Source: Nostoc sp.
GTDB lineage: Bacteria; Cyanobacteriota; Cyanobacteriia; Cyanobacteriales; Nostocaceae
Assembly: GCA_036918135.1 (NCBI GenBank)
Contig: JBALDB010000006.1
Span: forward strand, 94,158-158,157
DNA: 64,000 nt
Direction of reading: 5' to 3'
Below are positions 9,746-23,066 of the stretch, piece after piece (within the stretch, counting starts at the first letter, position 1; each line of letters begins with the position of its first letter). The notes beneath the pieces are model-generated. The model did not search any database and was not told where the DNA came from. It worked only from the letters and a program-made list of their open reading frames with translations. The translations under genes were made by a program, and so were the position numbers.

Positions 9746-10651
9746 GATTCCCTCCTCTCCTGCATGGTAGGAACTACGAACCAGGGGCCCCGAACGGACG
9801 TGGCTGAATCCCATTTCCCATGCTAAGGAGCCGAGTTGAGCGAATTCTTCTGGAGTCCAATATTTTTGGACTGGTAGATGTTCTAAAGAAGGACGCATAT
9901 ACTGGCCGATAGTCAAGCGATCGCATCCCACAGCCCTCAAGTCGGCCATTGCTTGGACTACTTCATCGCTAGTTTCTCCGTGTCCCAGCATCAAACCTGA
10001 TTTGGTGGGAATTGTCGAATCTATTTCTTTGACCATAGCCAGCACTTGCAGCGAGCGGTCGTACTTGGCTCCCCGGCGCACTGGCCCAGTTAACCGTCGC
10101 ACTGTTTCAATGTTGTGGTTGAAACAAGCCACTTTGGCTTTGACAATAGTAGCTATGCGCTGACGTTGACCCGATTCTCCACTGCCCGCGCCACCCCAAA
10201 AATCTGGGGTCAGCACTTCAATTTGAGTCTTTGGGTTGAATTGACGGATAGTCGCGATCGTCTTCACAAAATGCCCTGCACCTCGATCGGGCAAATCATC
10301 ACGGGCTACAGAAGTCAACACCACATAATGTAATCCTAACAGCTGCACTGCCTCGGCTACCTTTTGTGGTTCTTCTAAATCAATAGGCATTGGTGCATGA
10401 CCTTTATCTACTTGACAGAAAGCACAAGAGCGTGTGCATGTAGGCCCCATAAGTAAAAAAGTTGCAGTTTTTTGGGCGTAGCACTCTCCCCGATTGGGAC
10501 AACGACCTTCTTCACAAATTGTGTGAATTTGCCGCTGTTTAATAATGCGTTGTACAGTAGAGATTTCGCTGGCTTTGCCAATGGAGCGACGTAGCCAGCT
10601 AGGCATTGCCATAATTTCAGACTTGAGTTCGGCTTGTTGTGACGAAATCAT
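9731..10651 (-). CDS. lipA: Lipoyl synthase
   Basis: [12 protein letters not shown] and CTRSCAFC cluster motifs, [10 protein letters not shown]. Confidence 0.96.
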   Translation of the reverse strand: MISSQQAELKSEIMAMPSWLRRSIGKASEISTVQRIIKQRQIHTICEEGRCPNRGECYAQKTATFLLMGPTCTRSCAFCQVDKGHAPMPIDLEEPQKVAEAVQLLGLHYVVLTSVARDDLPDRGAGHFVKTIATIRQFNPKTQIEVLTPDFWGGAGSGESGQRQRIATIVKAKVACFNHNIETVRRLTGPVRRGAKYDRSLQVLAMVKEIDSTIPTKSGLMLGHGETSDEVVQAMADLRAVGCDRLTIGQYMRPSLEHLPVQKYWTPEEFAQLGSLAWEMGFSHVRSGPLVRSSYHAGEEGIESGE

Positions 10652-10960
10652 CTCAAAATCTCCGAGAGTGTCGAAACAGCGTATCTTTGTCAGATGGGGA
10701 TGTGCAGTGACGTAGAAAAAGAATTCTCCGTGTACCCTTATAGCTGATGCCTTAGATAAAGGCTAAAGCTTTAAATATCACAATGACACAAATTGAAAAG
10801 AACATAAGCAAAAGTTTTACAAAACACGTCTAATAGTGTTATTTATACCGAAATATACTATCCCCCAATTGATAGATATTTTGTATATAGTGGGAGAATT
10901 CTCAAGGACAATCGGCAAAGCCGCTATTTACACTTAAAGTTTCTGTTAGAGCAAACAGTC

Positions 10961-11623
10961 GTGGCAAGCAATAAAATTTTAGTTATCGATGACACTACAG
11001 TTGTCAGGGTAAAAGTACGAGAAATGTTGCCTCCAGGCAATTTTGAGGTATTGGAAGCAAAAGACGGGGTGGAAGGACTAAATTTCATCCTTCAGGAAAA
11101 ACTCAGCTTGATTATGCTGGATTTTCTGTTACCTAAAATGAGTGGCTGGGAAGTTTTCCAGCAAGTTCAAGCTCATCCAGAGTTAAGGAAAATTCCTTTA
11201 GTGATTATGTCTGGTCGCAAAGAAGAGGTGACCGAGAAGATCCCAGAACCATTTGAATATTTTGAATTTTTGGGCAAGCCTTTCGATCAGAAGCAACTAA
11301 TTGGCGCAATTAAGTTAGCTATGACTAAAGCGAAACAGCCACGCCCAGAACTAGTTGCAGTGGGAGCAGCAACCGCCAAGAATGGCACTATCACAACCTC
11401 TAGTGTCACAAGTACTACGGTAGCAACTTCTAGTGAGCCAAATGCTATAGTCACAATCCCACCTGTCGCAAATACTACAATACCAACCTCTACCCCACCA
11501 GGAGTTTCCCAAGCGGAAATTGAGGCGTTGAACGATAAAATTGCCAAAATGCAAGCAGAAATTGATGGCTTGAAGAAGCAGCTAACTCAAGTTGTGGCTT
11601 TTATTAAACAAAAAATCAAATAA
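10961..11623 (+). CDS. Response regulator: receiver domain, T/S/P-rich linker, C-terminal coiled coil
   Basis: ILVIDD, LIMLDFLLPKMSG, GKPF; C-terminal heptads; no DNA-binding domain. Confidence 0.9.
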   Translation: MASNKILVIDDTTVVRVKVREMLPPGNFEVLEAKDGVEGLNFILQEKLSLIMLDFLLPKMSGWEVFQQVQAHPELRKIPLVIMSGRKEEVTEKIPEPFEYFEFLGKPFDQKQLIGAIKLAMTKAKQPRPELVAVGAATAKNGTITTSSVTSTTVATSSEPNAIVTIPPVANTTIPTSTPPGVSQAEIEALNDKIAKMQAEIDGLKKQLTQVVAFIKQKIK

Positions 11624-12185
11624 GCTAAAACACATTTAAATTGCATAACTACTTCACCTGGCTGTCCTTAGTCATTGATCAAAGGACAAACAACGGTCTT
11701 AACCAGAGAATATGCAACTTTGACGCATATTAGCTTAGTTGCGTTTGTGATTATCCTCTGCACCTTAAATTACGAATTAATAATTACTAATTACTAATTG
11801 CTTGGTCAGGGTAAGAGGATATTATTAACCTCAGTTGCTAGTCTAGCAAACCATCCCTAGATCCATTAAGTCTGCCGTAGTTTACTCTTAATTGAGTAGC
11901 TTGGCAGGCTTTTTCAATTGCTTTATAAGCATAGTACAAATAAAAATTTTAATACAATGTTTTCATAATTAAAGCAATAAATATAAAAATTAGTAAATAT
12001 AATTATTTTTTAATCTAGTTATCAAACTAAAATTTTAAATATTTTGTTGGGTTTTATTTTTTAATAGAATTTTATTAAAAATAGATATATTTAATTAATA
12101 AATAAGTTTTATCAATTAATGATAACGATAGTTTAAAGACGGGAATACTAAACCATAGAAACAAAAATTATGAGCATAGGTTGCA

Positions 12186-15100
12186 ATGTCAATAGTACTA
12201 GATACACTATATGCGTTTCCTGGCTATCGCATTACTGAGCAAATCTACTCAGGTAGTAAAACACTAGTTTATCGAGGTATTAGAGAACAAGACCAAAAGT
12301 TAGTCGTCATCAAATTGATGCGGAATGAATATCCAACATTCGGGGAAATTGCCCAGTTTCGCAATCAATATATCATCACTAAAAATCTCGACCTTCCTGG
12401 TATCGTCAAACCCTATAGCTTAGAAAACTACCGTAACAGCTATATTCTAGTGATGGAAGATTTTGGCGGTATTTGCCTTCAACAATGGCGAGTAGAAGAC
12501 AAGGATAAAAAAGAAAATATAATTTCTCTAAATGAGTTTTTTGACATTGCTATTAAAGTTGCTTCTATCCTTGAAGGATTGCACCGCGATCGCATTATTC
12601 ACAAAGACATTAAGCCTGCCAATATCCTGATTAATCCAACTAGTGGCGAAATAAAAATCATCGACTTTAGTATTGCCACACTCCTGCCAAGAGAAATTCA
12701 ATTTCTCACAAATCCCAACGTTTTAGAAGGTACTCTGGCTTATATTTCACCAGAACAAACTGGTAGGATGAACCGAGGTATTGACTACCGCACTGATTTT
12801 TATTCCCTTGGTGTCACCTTTTTTGAACTCCTCACCGGACAGTTACCCTTCACCAGCAAAGATCCGATGGAGTTAGTTTACTCTCACATTGCCAAACAAC
12901 CGCTAAAAGCTAGCCGGATTAACTTCAATATTGCGCCAATTTTGTCTGATATTATCAGCAAGCTGATGGCCAAAAACGCCGAAGACCGCTATCAAAGTGC
13001 ATTGGGGTTAAAGCATGATTTGCAAGTGTGTCAAAAGCAGTGGCAAGAGACAGGAAATATTACAGCTTTTAAACTAGGCAACCGCGATATCTCAGACCGT
13101 TTTGTAATCCCCGAAAAACTCTATGGTCGGCAAAATGAAGTTCAAACCCTACTCGTGGCTTTTGAGCGAGTTGCTAAACCCTTTGAATCTCATGCCAGAT
13201 ACTATCCTGCTGGTTCTCAGTCAGCGCACCCTCATATCGAGAAGGAATATAGGTCAGCAGAACTGACGCCGCATGCTTTAAGCCAGGAAACTCCTCCAAC
13301 GAAGTGGCTCCCCAACGCAGTGTCTCCCCTTATTCAGAGGGGACTCCCAGGAGTAGAAATGGTATTGGTCGCGGGTTTCTCTGGTATTGGCAAAACTGTT
13401 GTGGTCAATGAAGTCCACAAACCCATTGTGCGCCAGCGGAGTTACTTCATTAAAGGAAAATTCGAGCAGTTTCAACGTGACATTCCCTTATCAGGGTTGG
13501 TGCAAGCTTTTCGAGACTTAATCGGGCAACTACTCTCAGAAACTGATGCCCAAATTCAACAATGGAAAGCCAAGATACTCCAAGAATTAGGTACACAAAC
13601 TCAAGTAATTATTGATGTAATTCCTGAACTAGAACAGATTATTGGCAAGCAACCTCCAGTTACAGAGCTTTCTGGCAGTGCTGCTCAAAATCGTTTTAAT
13701 TTTTTGTTCCAGAAATTTATTCAAATTTTTACTACTAAGGAACATCCCCTGGTTATCTTTCTTGACGATCTACAATGGGCAGATACAGCTTCTTTAAGAT
13801 TAATTCAGTTATTAATGTGTGAAAGTAGCTTGTCTAATATTTCAGAAGAAATAGAACAAATATCTGAAATTAAGAGAGGTTTGTTATTAATTGGTTCCTA
13901 TCGAGATAATGAAGTTTCAAAAGCACATCCGCTTTATTTAACACTACAACAAATTGAAGAAGCAGGTGCAAATATTAGTACTATTACCTTAAGCCCATTA
14001 AGTCAGGTTGATTTAAATCATTTAATTGCTGATACCCTTCATTGTCCGGAATTAGTTGCCGTCCCTCTAACTCAGATGGTGTTTGCTAAGACACAGGGAA
14101 ACCCTTTCTTTTCTATTCAATTCCTCAAGTCTTTACATGAGGAAGGGCTAATTAGATTAAATTTTGATGTTGGTTATTGGCAGTATGATATTTCTCAAAT
14201 TCAAGAATTAGCTCTTACAGATGATATAGTAGAATTTATCGCAATTCAAATAGAAAAACTCCCAAAAAATACCCAAAAAGTTTTACAACTTGCTGCTTGT
14301 ATTGGGAACCAATTTGACTTAAAAACTTTGGCGATCGTTCATGAAAAATCGGTAATAGATACAGCATCAGACTTGTGGCAAGCATTACTTGATGGGCTAA
14401 TTTTACCACAGACTGAAATTTTCAATATTTTTCCAGCAGATGATACTAATCAAGAGTTAATTGTTCGGGGAATAGGATCTACACAATTTGCAAGTGTTAA
14501 TTTACAGATACCTAAATATAAATTCGTCCATGACCGGGTACAGCAAGCCGCTTATTCTTTAATTCCTGAAGAACAAAAAAAGCCAATTCATTTAAAAATA
14601 GGGCTACTGTTATTAAATAATATTCCAGTTGCAGAGCAGGAAGAAAGGATTTTTGAGCTTGTCAATCAGTTTAATATTGCAGTGGAATTTATTTGCCATC
14701 AAACTAAGCGAGATCAACTAGCGCAGATGAATTTAATTGCTGGACGTAAAGCTTTAGCTTCAACAGCTTATCCAGCTGCGGTTAAATATTTAACTACTGG
14801 TATTCAATTACTGGCAGATGATAGTTGGGAGACAAATTATGAGCTAATCCTAGCTTTGTATGAAACAGCCGCAGAGGCGGCGTACTTGGACGGTGACTTT
14901 GAGCAAACCGAGCAATTAGCAGAGGTAGTATTGGCACGAGGGAAAACTCTCATAGATAAAGTTAAAGTTTACGAAGTAAAAATTAAAGCTTATGGGGCGC
15001 AGAACCAAGCACTCAAAGGAATTAATACTGCACTAGCCTTTTTGAAGCTTTTGGGAGTGGAGTTTCCTGAACATCCAAGCCAATCTGATGTTCAGCTAGT

Positions 15101-18071
15101 AATGGCAGAAATAGCATCAAATCTGGCTGGTAGGCGTATTGAAGATTTAATTGACCTACCAGAAATGACAGAAGCTCAAATGCTGGCAGTTATGAATATT
15201 CTATCGAGTACTCATGCTTTAACCTATCAAGCTACTCCTGAACTATTCGCACTGTTTCTTATTAAACAAATCGACTTATCCCTACAGTATGGTAACGCAC
15301 CATTGTCTGCCTTTGCTTATGTTAATTATGGAGTAATACTGTGCGGGCTAGTGGGAGATATTGAGTCTGGCTATCAATTTGGCAAACTAGCTGTAAATCT
15401 TTTGTCTAGGTTACAAATTAAAGAAATTAGTGCAAAAATTCTTAGTTCTTTTAATCCAATTGTTAGACCTTGGAAGGAACACGCCAAGGAAATATTAAAA
15501 CCGTTATTGCAAGCTTACTTTCTTGGTACTGAAACAGGAGACTTAGAGTTTGCTGCTTATAGTCTACACGCTTATTCTTACTGTTCATATTTTATTGGTA
15601 GGGAACTGTCAGGTTTAGAACAAGAAATAGCAAATTATAATAATGCTACCAGACAGATGAAACAAGAAATAGTATTTAAATGGAATACTATTTATTGGCA
15701 GAGTGTATTGAACTTGTTAGGGCGTGCAGAAAAATCATCTTATTTAATTGGTGAAGTTTATAACGAAGAAAAAATGTTACCACTTCACTGGGAAACTAAA
15801 GATAGACTCGGACTTCTATATCTCTATGTTAGCAAACTTCATCTGTGTTATCTATTCCAAGAATTTCATCAAGCAGTTGAAAATGCCACACAGGCAAAAG
15901 GGTATTTAGATATTGCAATAGGACATTTAGTTGTTCCAATTTTATATTTTTATGATTCTTTAGCAGGTCTGGCTATTTATTGTGATGTATCCATCTCTGA
16001 GCAAAAATGCATCCTCGATCGCGTTCAAGCTAATCAAGAAAAAATGAAGGTTTGGGCACATCATGCCCCAATGAATTATTTACACAAATATTGTCTTGTA
16101 GAGGCTGAACGGTATCGGATTGGCTGTCAATATCTCGATGCAATAGAATTGTACGATCGCGCTATTACCCTGGCTAAAGAACATGAGTATGTTAATGAAG
16201 AAGCACTCGCTCAAGAACTCACCGCCAAATTCTATCTAGAATGGGGGAAACATAAGATTGCCCAAAGCTACCTCACAGATGCTTACTATAGCTATGTTCG
16301 TTGGGGAGCGGTAGCAAAAGTTGAGGATTTGGTAAAACGCTATCCCCTATTACTCGCTCCTGTATTTCAGCAAGAAAAACTAAAACTGAATATCCATTCC
16401 AGCCAAGAAAGTACTTCTCGGAATAACATATCTCTATCTAGTTTGAGCAATCAACAAACTATGATTGGCTCAAAGACAAGTATTTCTGATTCTCTAGATT
16501 TGGCTGCATTTATTAAAGCATCTCAAGCACTGTCTGAGGAAATTGAGCTTGAGCGACTGCTTTCTACTTTAATGGAAGTTGCGATCGAGAATGCAGGAGC
16601 CTCTAAATGCGCTTTGATTTTAAGCGAAGATGATAGTTTACCATTAACTGTTATGGCAGTTTGTTCAAGTTCGACTTTTGAGCATCCTTATACAGAGTTT
16701 CCATCAATTTCTTTAGAATCAAGCTACGATGTTCCCATTACTTTGATTAACTACGTTAAACGCTCCAGAGAAATCTTGGTTATTGATGATGCAATGGCTG
16801 TTTCTTTTTTAACAACCGATAGCTATATTATCTGTGAGGAACCCAAAAGTTTATTGTCTATACCTATTCTCAATCAAGGTAAATTAATTGGGATTCTTTA
16901 TCTAGAAAATAATTTAACGACTGGAGCATTTACACGCCATCGTATAGAAGTCCTGAAACTCCTCACCACTCAAGCAGCAATATCTCTAAAAAATGCTATT
17001 CTCTACAAAAATTTGGTACAAGCTAAAGAAAGCTTGGAGAAATACAACCATACTCTAGAGCAAAAAGTCAATGAGAGAACTCAGGAACTAAACGATAAAA
17101 ATGAAAGATTACAACAAGCTATACAAGAACTGAAACGCACTCAAATTCAGTTAATTCAAAGTGAAAAAATGTCTTCTTTAGGTCAAATGGTAGCAGGAAT
17201 TGCCCATGAAATTAATAATCCAATTAATTTTATTCATGGGAATATTGCTCATACTAGTGAATATGTCCAGTATTTACTGGATTTGATAGCTGTTTATCAG
17301 CGAGAATACCCTGGTTATTCGCCTGCAATTGAGGAGAAATTAGAGGAAATAGACATAGAATTTTTAGCAGAAGACTTGCCAAAAATTCTAGATTCGATGA
17401 AGATTGGAAGTTCGCGTATCCGCACTATTGTTTTGGGCTTACGCAACTTTTCTCGCCTTGATGAATACGAGATGAAACCTGTAGATATTCATGAAGGAAT
17501 AGACAACACTTTAATGATTTTGCAGCATCGAATTAAAAGAAAATCTCTAGACACAAAGCAGGGTATGGCTATCAATTTTTCGGAAGTAAAAATTATCAAA
17601 GAATATGGAAATATTCCAGAAGTTACTTGTTACGCAGGTCAGCTAAATCAGGTATTTATGAATATCTTAAGTAATGCGCTCGATGCTTTAGAAGAGTCAT
17701 TTTTCATTAGTCATCAGTTATTCGTAAATAACCCACAGAAAAATTCCAATAGAGATTTGCAACCATCAGAAGGTCAAGAAAAAATAAAAAATTATCAAGG
17801 AGAAATTCGTATATCTACTCAATTAACAGATTCTAATACGGTGATGATTCGGATTGCCGATAACGGTTCTGGGATGACAGAAGCCGTGCAGCAGAAAATT
17901 TTTGACCCATTTTTTACCACCAAGTCGGTAGGAAGCGGTACAGGTTTAGGGTTGTCGATTAGCTATCAGATTATCGTAGACAAGCACAAGGGTAGTTTAA
18001 CCTGTAATTCCATACTAAAAGAGGGGACTGAGTTCTTGATTGAGATACCGATGCAACAATCAAGTATCTAA
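12186..18071 (+). CDS. Multidomain Ser/Thr kinase - AAA ATPase - GAF - histidine kinase (HstK-like)
   Basis: [10 protein letters not shown] and YISPEQTGR kinase motifs, GFSGIGKT Walker [16 protein letters not shown] (ILYLENN), AHEINNP HisKA, HATPase. Confidence 0.93.
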   Translation: MSIVLDTLYAFPGYRITEQIYSGSKTLVYRGIREQDQKLVVIKLMRNEYPTFGEIAQFRNQYIITKNLDLPGIVKPYSLENYRNSYILVMEDFGGICLQQWRVEDKDKKENIISLNEFFDIAIKVASILEGLHRDRIIHKDIKPANILINPTSGEIKIIDFSIATLLPREIQFLTNPNVLEGTLAYISPEQTGRMNRGIDYRTDFYSLGVTFFELLTGQLPFTSKDPMELVYSHIAKQPLKASRINFNIAPILSDIISKLMAKNAEDRYQSALGLKHDLQVCQKQWQETGNITAFKLGNRDISDRFVIPEKLYGRQNEVQTLLVAFERVAKPFESHARYYPAGSQSAHPHIEKEYRSAELTPHALSQETPPTKWLPNAVSPLIQRGLPGVEMVLVAGFSGIGKTVVVNEVHKPIVRQRSYFIKGKFEQFQRDIPLSGLVQAFRDLIGQLLSETDAQIQQWKAKILQELGTQTQVIIDVIPELEQIIGKQPPVTELSGSAAQNRFNFLFQKFIQIFTTKEHPLVIFLDDLQWADTASLRLIQLLMCESSLSNISEEIEQISEIKRGLLLIGSYRDNEVSKAHPLYLTLQQIEEAGANISTITLSPLSQVDLNHLIADTLHCPELVAVPLTQMVFAKTQGNPFFSIQFLKSLHEEGLIRLNFDVGYWQYDISQIQELALTDDIVEFIAIQIEKLPKNTQKVLQLAACIGNQFDLKTLAIVHEKSVIDTASDLWQALLDGLILPQTEIFNIFPADDTNQELIVRGIGSTQFASVNLQIPKYKFVHDRVQQAAYSLIPEEQKKPIHLKIGLLLLNNIPVAEQEERIFELVNQFNIAVEFICHQTKRDQLAQMNLIAGRKALASTAYPAAVKYLTTGIQLLADDSWETNYELILALYETAAEAAYLDGDFEQTEQLAEVVLARGKTLIDKVKVYEVKIKAYGAQNQALKGINTALAFLKLLGVEFPEHPSQSDVQLVMAEIASNLAGRRIEDLIDLPEMTEAQMLAVMNILSSTHALTYQATPELFALFLIKQIDLSLQYGNAPLSAFAYVNYGVILCGLVGDIESGYQFGKLAVNLLSRLQIKEISAKILSSFNPIVRPWKEHAKEILKPLLQAYFLGTETGDLEFAAYSLHAYSYCSYFIGRELSGLEQEIANYNNATRQMKQEIVFKWNTIYWQSVLNLLGRAEKSSYLIGEVYNEEKMLPLHWETKDRLGLLYLYVSKLHLCYLFQEFHQAVENATQAKGYLDIAIGHLVVPILYFYDSLAGLAIYCDVSISEQKCILDRVQANQEKMKVWAHHAPMNYLHKYCLVEAERYRIGCQYLDAIELYDRAITLAKEHEYVNEEALAQELTAKFYLEWGKHKIAQSYLTDAYYSYVRWGAVAKVEDLVKRYPLLLAPVFQQEKLKLNIHSSQESTSRNNISLSSLSNQQTMIGSKTSISDSLDLAAFIKASQALSEEIELERLLSTLMEVAIENAGASKCALILSEDDSLPLTVMAVCSSSTFEHPYTEFPSISLESSYDVPITLINYVKRSREILVIDDAMAVSFLTTDSYIICEEPKSLLSIPILNQGKLIGILYLENNLTTGAFTRHRIEVLKLLTTQAAISLKNAILYKNLVQAKESLEKYNHTLEQKVNERTQELNDKNERLQQAIQELKRTQIQLIQSEKMSSLGQMVAGIAHEINNPINFIHGNIAHTSEYVQYLLDLIAVYQREYPGYSPAIEEKLEEIDIEFLAEDLPKILDSMKIGSSRIRTIVLGLRNFSRLDEYEMKPVDIHEGIDNTLMILQHRIKRKSLDTKQGMAINFSEVKIIKEYGNIPEVTCYAGQLNQVFMNILSNALDALEESFFISHQLFVNNPQKNSNRDLQPSEGQEKIKNYQGEIRISTQLTDSNTVMIRIADNGSGMTEAVQQKIFDPFFTTKSVGSGTGLGLSISYQIIVDKHKGSLTCNSILKEGTEFLIEIPMQQSSI

Positions 18072-18269
18072 ACTAATAAGTAGGTCAAGATGAAAAACGT
18101 AAGATAGAATCTTTGCGATTATTTTGCTTGACTCTGTTTTGCTCGTAATCACATTTCACGTTTAATTAGGTTGAGCTACTTACCAATTCTGTTAAGATTG
18201 AATTTTAAAAACCCAGTTGGTTAGGAAAACTAGGTTTCTAAGAGCGATCGAAACAACTCTGACAAGCTA

Positions 18270-19661
18270 CTAGGATACTGGTGCAGTTGTTATCTTCGCT
18301 AATAACTTTCGACGCACACGTCGCCCTGTGATTACCATCTTAATTCCAGTAGCAGGTGCTAAGGTAAAACCTCGACGCTGAAGTTGCTCAGGTTGCTGAT
18401 TAGTTAGTGCGAATTGAAAGTGTGAAAGGAAAGTCGCTAATACTAATTTCATTTGAAATGAGGCCAAAGCCTCACCCATACAACGACGGACACCACCACC
18501 AAAAGGCAGAAATTCATAGGGAGAAAATTGGCGTTCTAAAAAGCGTTCTGGTCGAAACTCCTTAGGTTGGGGATATATATCTTCACGTTGATGAGCAAGA
18601 TAAACATTGGGAATTACCACCGTTCCAGGCTCTAAAGGATGTCTCAAAAGTTCAACTGATTCTTGCACCACTCTAGGGAATAAAAGCATCAAAACAGGAT
18701 GAATTCGCAAGGTTTCATTACAGACAGCAGTGAGATATGGCAGTCGATAAATGCTCATCGGATCTGGGGAATCGCCAAGGATATCCAGTTCCTGAAGCAG
18801 TTTTTCACGAACTTGCGGCTTGTGGTAAATCCAGTAGAAGCCCCAAGCTATTGCTGTTGCTGTAGTTTCATATCCTGCAATTATCAGGCTCATCAACTGA
18901 TCGCGTAATTGCTCGTCTGTCATCAATTGACCATTTTCATCTTGAGCTGATATTAGTAAGGAGAGGATATCGACGCGTTCTGAATTATGTTGTTGTCGGC
19001 GTTCGGCAATTTCAGCGTAGAGCAATTGATCGATTGTCTGCCGTTCGCGCAGAAATTTTCCCCAAGGACTCCAAGCTCCCAAATCCTGTTGCAAGAATGA
19101 GAAAAAGAAAAAACTGGAAGTGAGGGGTGAGCGAAACAGATCTAACATCAATGGCAGTAGATGCTGAAGTTTCTCAAATCTTTCTCCTTCATGCAAGCCT
19201 AATACAATCTGTAAGATGAGTTGTAAAGATATTTTCTGTGTGATGTTACGAGCCAAAAACGGTTGATTGAGTGGTATCTGACTAAAGACTTTCTTGCTCA
19301 GATTACAGATTAGTTCACCGTAGACATGCATTCGCTGTCCGTGAAAACAAGGCGTCATCAATTGTCGTAGCCGTTTGTGAGGACTGCCATCAAGCATGAG
19401 GATTGAATTTTCTCCCACAAAGGCTTTAGTAATTCTGTTGAGTTCGCCAGCAGCTACAAATTTCTTTCTATCATTGGTTAAAATTTCTTGGATTGCCTGA
19501 GGATGATTGACAAATACTATAGTGTCCCCAAAGCCAATTGTCCTACCAGTAAAAATGTCGGGATATTGTTGAGCTGCATTTTCCATGTAGCGTACTGGGT
19601 CAATAACCCACTGAAGCTTTTGTAGCAAAGAAGGAGTTTTCAGAGGATTTGGTAGTTGCAT
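18270..19661 (-). CDS. Cytochrome P450 (CYP110-like)
   Basis: AGYETT I-helix, ETLR, PERF, FGGGVRRCMG heme ligand. Confidence 0.95.
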   Translation of the reverse strand: MQLPNPLKTPSLLQKLQWVIDPVRYMENAAQQYPDIFTGRTIGFGDTIVFVNHPQAIQEILTNDRKKFVAAGELNRITKAFVGENSILMLDGSPHKRLRQLMTPCFHGQRMHVYGELICNLSKKVFSQIPLNQPFLARNITQKISLQLILQIVLGLHEGERFEKLQHLLPLMLDLFRSPLTSSFFFFSFLQQDLGAWSPWGKFLRERQTIDQLLYAEIAERRQQHNSERVDILSLLISAQDENGQLMTDEQLRDQLMSLIIAGYETTATAIAWGFYWIYHKPQVREKLLQELDILGDSPDPMSIYRLPYLTAVCNETLRIHPVLMLLFPRVVQESVELLRHPLEPGTVVIPNVYLAHQREDIYPQPKEFRPERFLERQFSPYEFLPFGGGVRRCMGEALASFQMKLVLATFLSHFQFALTNQQPEQLQRRGFTLAPATGIKMVITGRRVRRKLLAKITTAPVS

Positions 19662-19792
19662 GTGGATTTTAAGTCGAAACTAAAATACAAAAATTGCATT
19701 AGCTGGAATAAACCCTTAACAGAATAAGGTAAGGTTCATGTGTGATAAACTTTCAACGCAATGGTGTACCTCTGAGGTATCTTTATTTATTA

Positions 19793-20776
19793 TCAAAATA
19801 GAGCGAAATTGTTTTGAGTTAACTCCAATCTTTTTATCGTTTCATAGCGACCAGAGTGGTAATACCAATTTAGGTTCGCAGATATCCAGCTATGTATTCC
19901 TGATATATATTTTGCCAGTTCAGCATCTAATTCCTCTCCAAATGATGGAATAGATAATTCAAACTCTTTCAAGCGATGCACTTCTTGATTGTGCATTTCG
20001 CTAGCTGCGATCGTTGCTTTTTCTAAAGAAAGCATTTGTTGATGATGAATTAGCAATACCAAATTATGAACATCACCACTTGACATTTCTCGATGTACGG
20101 AGAAAATATCATTACACCAGGCAAGAATATTAATTGTCATTATTTTTAACTCTTTCATCACCTGATGATTCCGGAAAAACTCAGGAATTGTTATATAGTC
20201 ACAAAATTCCATCAATGCAAGGCAAAGATACCCACCTAAACTTAACCTTCGTATAAGCATATAACTCTCAACATCAGGTGTAATTTCATGTAGGCGGTTA
20301 ATTGCTTCTTGAACACATCCATCAAAGTAGCCTTGATAACGATCAACAAAGTAATGAAACCATTCTTTGCTGCCTATTTTAAGTATCCGTTCTCGTAAAT
20401 CCCTTAAGGCATAAGCAAGTGGTATATCCTTACTCGTAAGTTCTCCACCGTTCAATATTTCTAAAAATCTCCGATGAAAATTTTTGAGAACATCGGGTTG
20501 TCTTCCTAAATTTGATAAATCACACTGATCGTCCCAAATAAACACCCAGCTCAACCAATCATTTGCAATTTTCAATTCTTCAAGCTGGCAATTAGGATAG
20601 GCACTTGCTGCTAAAAAGAAAAATTTTGATTTGCAAAAACGCTTATAAGATGATTCATTAGCTAAGAGGTTAAACTGAAGTACCCATTCAACAGCGTGCT
20701 TTTCTAAAATATCAACATGCTTATTGATTTGGGGTGAAAATGGACAGTATAAACCGGAAGAAAGTAATTGCTGCAT
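19793..20776 (-). CDS. Class I terpene synthase, probably a sesquiterpene cyclase
   Basis: WDDQCD aspartate-rich motif, NDIFSVHRE NSE triad, WYYHSGRY C-terminal RY motif. Confidence 0.93.
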   Translation of the reverse strand: MQQLLSSGLYCPFSPQINKHVDILEKHAVEWVLQFNLLANESSYKRFCKSKFFFLAASAYPNCQLEELKIANDWLSWVFIWDDQCDLSNLGRQPDVLKNFHRRFLEILNGGELTSKDIPLAYALRDLRERILKIGSKEWFHYFVDRYQGYFDGCVQEAINRLHEITPDVESYMLIRRLSLGGYLCLALMEFCDYITIPEFFRNHQVMKELKIMTINILAWCNDIFSVHREMSSGDVHNLVLLIHHQQMLSLEKATIAASEMHNQEVHRLKEFELSIPSFGEELDAELAKYISGIHSWISANLNWYYHSGRYETIKRLELTQNNFALF

Positions 20777-21390
20777 AAAAAAATTCTGCCTTAACAGTCA
20801 TATTCACAAATGATTTCCATGAGAAAAAAGTCAATAAACTTTTAAAAATCTATGACAGATTTGATGAAAAAATTCTCTGTAATACCACATTTTTTGAAGG
20901 ATATAACTGAAATTAACCTCAGTTTTAGTAGCGCTTAAATGTATTTGAATATTTCAAAACTTAATTGGTTATTGTTCAACTTTTTTTTGGAAAATATAAC
21001 CGTAATTATCTGTAATTATATTTATTACAAAAATAATAGCTACATTATTGTAAATACTGTTGACAAACTATAAAAAATTACTTATTGGTTAAAACAAATT
21101 TTTATTTATTATCTAAGAAAAATAGTATTTTGGATTAACGCTAATTCTATAAAAAGACAAGGGTAATAATAACTAATTTTATAAAAGAGTATATTCAAAT
21201 TTAGTAAAAACAAAGATTTGCTATTTTATATCCATCTGTAGCCATCGCCCTTGTAGTCAGCTATAAGCAATTTAATATCAGAATGTTGCTGTTATCTGAT
21301 TTTTTGGGAACTATAGGATTGTTAGATGATAAATTTCTCAGTTAGTGCATTAATAAAATAGAGGTGGCTTAGTTGCAATCGCAGAGCAAA

Positions 21391-21478
21391 TATAGCAATC
21401 ATGTTTGAGTTGTGAAATTAGTCGTGAAGGCAAGTAATAAACAATAGATTTTTTTACGAAAGATTTAGAATTGCCATA
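21391..21478. mobile_element. Degenerate 88-bp MITE-like element
   Basis: Ends TATAGCAATC... and ...GAATTGCCATA form an imperfect terminal inverted repeat with TA ends. Confidence 0.55.
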
Positions 21479-21515
21479 ACGAACAAGTAGCAAAGAGTTA
21501 AATTAATTTAAATAC

Positions 21516-22838
21516 ATGAATTATCAACCATTTATCCAAATGCCTAATATTCCAGAAAACAATTTAATTTTAGTGGTAGATGATACTACTACTAATTTAA
21601 AAATTGTCTTTGAAATCTTAACTAATGCAGGCTTTGAAGTAATAACAGAAGTTAATGGAGAAAAGGCACTTAAACAGGTTGAATCTAGATTACCTGATTT
21701 GATTTTGTTAGATGTAATGATGCCAAAAATAGATGGTTTTGAGACATGTAAAAAGTTGAAAGAAAATTATGAAACTTGTGATATTCCTGTAATTTTTATG
21801 ACAGGGAACTCAGATACAGAAAGTAAAATAAAAGGTCTAAATATCGGTGCGGTTGACTACATTACAAAACCATTTCATGAGCAAGAACTATTAGCTAGAA
21901 TTAAAACCCATCTTCAGTTAAGAAATCTCACAAAAACTTTAGAAAAACGAGTTGCAGAAAGAACAGCAGCCTTGTCTAAGGCACTAAAAAATTTACAAGA
22001 ATCGCAACTCCAGCTTGTACAGACAGAAAAAATGTCTGCTCTTGGTCAATTAGTTGCAGGAGTTGCTCATGAAATTAATAATCCAGTTGGTTTCATTCAT
22101 GGCAATCTCGGACACGCTTGGGTATATTTCCAAGCCATGATTAAGCTCATTGACCTTTATCAACAGTATTATCCTCATCCAGTTGCAGAAATTCAAGAAG
22201 AAATTGCAGCAATGGATTTGCAGTATATGCTTTCCGATCTACCTAATTTGATTTATTCGATGAAAGAAGGTGTTCAACGGATTCGTAACATCAGTACCAG
22301 TCTACGAAACTTTTCAAGAGCAGATAGCGATCGCAAAGTTTCTTGCGACATTCACGATGGTATTGATAGCACAATCATGATCCTCAAACACCGCTTAAAA
22401 GCATCAGAATTTCGTCCTAATATTGAAGTTATTAAATATTATGATAATTTCTCAGAAATAGAATGCTTCAGCGGACAACTTAATCAGGTATTTATGAATT
22501 TATTAGCTAATGCTATTGATGCTTTGGAAGAGTCTAATTTAGGACGTAGCTATGATGAGATTGAAGCATGTCCTAATAAAATTTGGATTCAAACCAGCCT
22601 GATTAAAAATAAAAATCATGTCTTGATTCGGATTAAAGATAATGGTGTGGGAATGTCAGCTGATGTCCAGCAAAAAATATTTGACAATTTATTCACCACT
22701 AAACCCGTGGGTCAAGGTACGGGATTAGGATTGTCTATTGCTCGTCAAATTGTTGTGGATAAACATGGAGGAACTCTAGAGGTAAACTCAGCCCCAGGAA
22801 AAGGTTCAGAGTTTATCATTACTATTCCAATTTCCTAA
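21516..22838 (+). CDS. Hybrid response regulator - histidine kinase (receiver-HisKA-HATPase)
   Basis: ILVVDD, LLDVMMP, TKPF receiver; [15 protein letters not shown]. Confidence 0.93.
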   Translation: MNYQPFIQMPNIPENNLILVVDDTTTNLKIVFEILTNAGFEVITEVNGEKALKQVESRLPDLILLDVMMPKIDGFETCKKLKENYETCDIPVIFMTGNSDTESKIKGLNIGAVDYITKPFHEQELLARIKTHLQLRNLTKTLEKRVAERTAALSKALKNLQESQLQLVQTEKMSALGQLVAGVAHEINNPVGFIHGNLGHAWVYFQAMIKLIDLYQQYYPHPVAEIQEEIAAMDLQYMLSDLPNLIYSMKEGVQRIRNISTSLRNFSRADSDRKVSCDIHDGIDSTIMILKHRLKASEFRPNIEVIKYYDNFSEIECFSGQLNQVFMNLLANAIDALEESNLGRSYDEIEACPNKIWIQTSLIKNKNHVLIRIKDNGVGMSADVQQKIFDNLFTTKPVGQGTGLGLSIARQIVVDKHGGTLEVNSAPGKGSEFIITIPIS

Positions 22839-22938
22839 AATAGCAAAACTTCATCAATCAATTATTCAATAAAATATATAAAAAACATAATTCCCTGAGT
22901 TCTTAGAGAAGTCAGTAATTTATGTATTTCAGGATAAA

Positions 22939-23066
22939 TATAGGAAGTAAATTAAAGGTTAGAACATCTTGAAAGCGTGAATGTTAGAAATAGTAATGTT
23001 TTACCTCCTGCCTCCAACAAGAACTGCCTTGTCTTCGACACGCTACGCGAACTGCCTCCTGCTATA
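22939..23066 (+). mobile_element. Degenerate copy of the TATAGC...GCTATA MITE-like family with a nested small repeat
   Basis: AGGTTAGAACAT..AAGCGTGAATG..TAATGTTTTACCTCCTGCCTCC...CTGCTATA matches 5245-5438; contains extra GACACGCTACGCGAAC. Confidence 0.6.

Noticed and set aside
9437..9826. Cluster of short overlapping ORFs (also at 37061-37371, 39699-39991, 42898-43119)
   Set aside because: Produced by the stop-poor G/C-rich repeat; low-complexity translations recur at each repeat copy.
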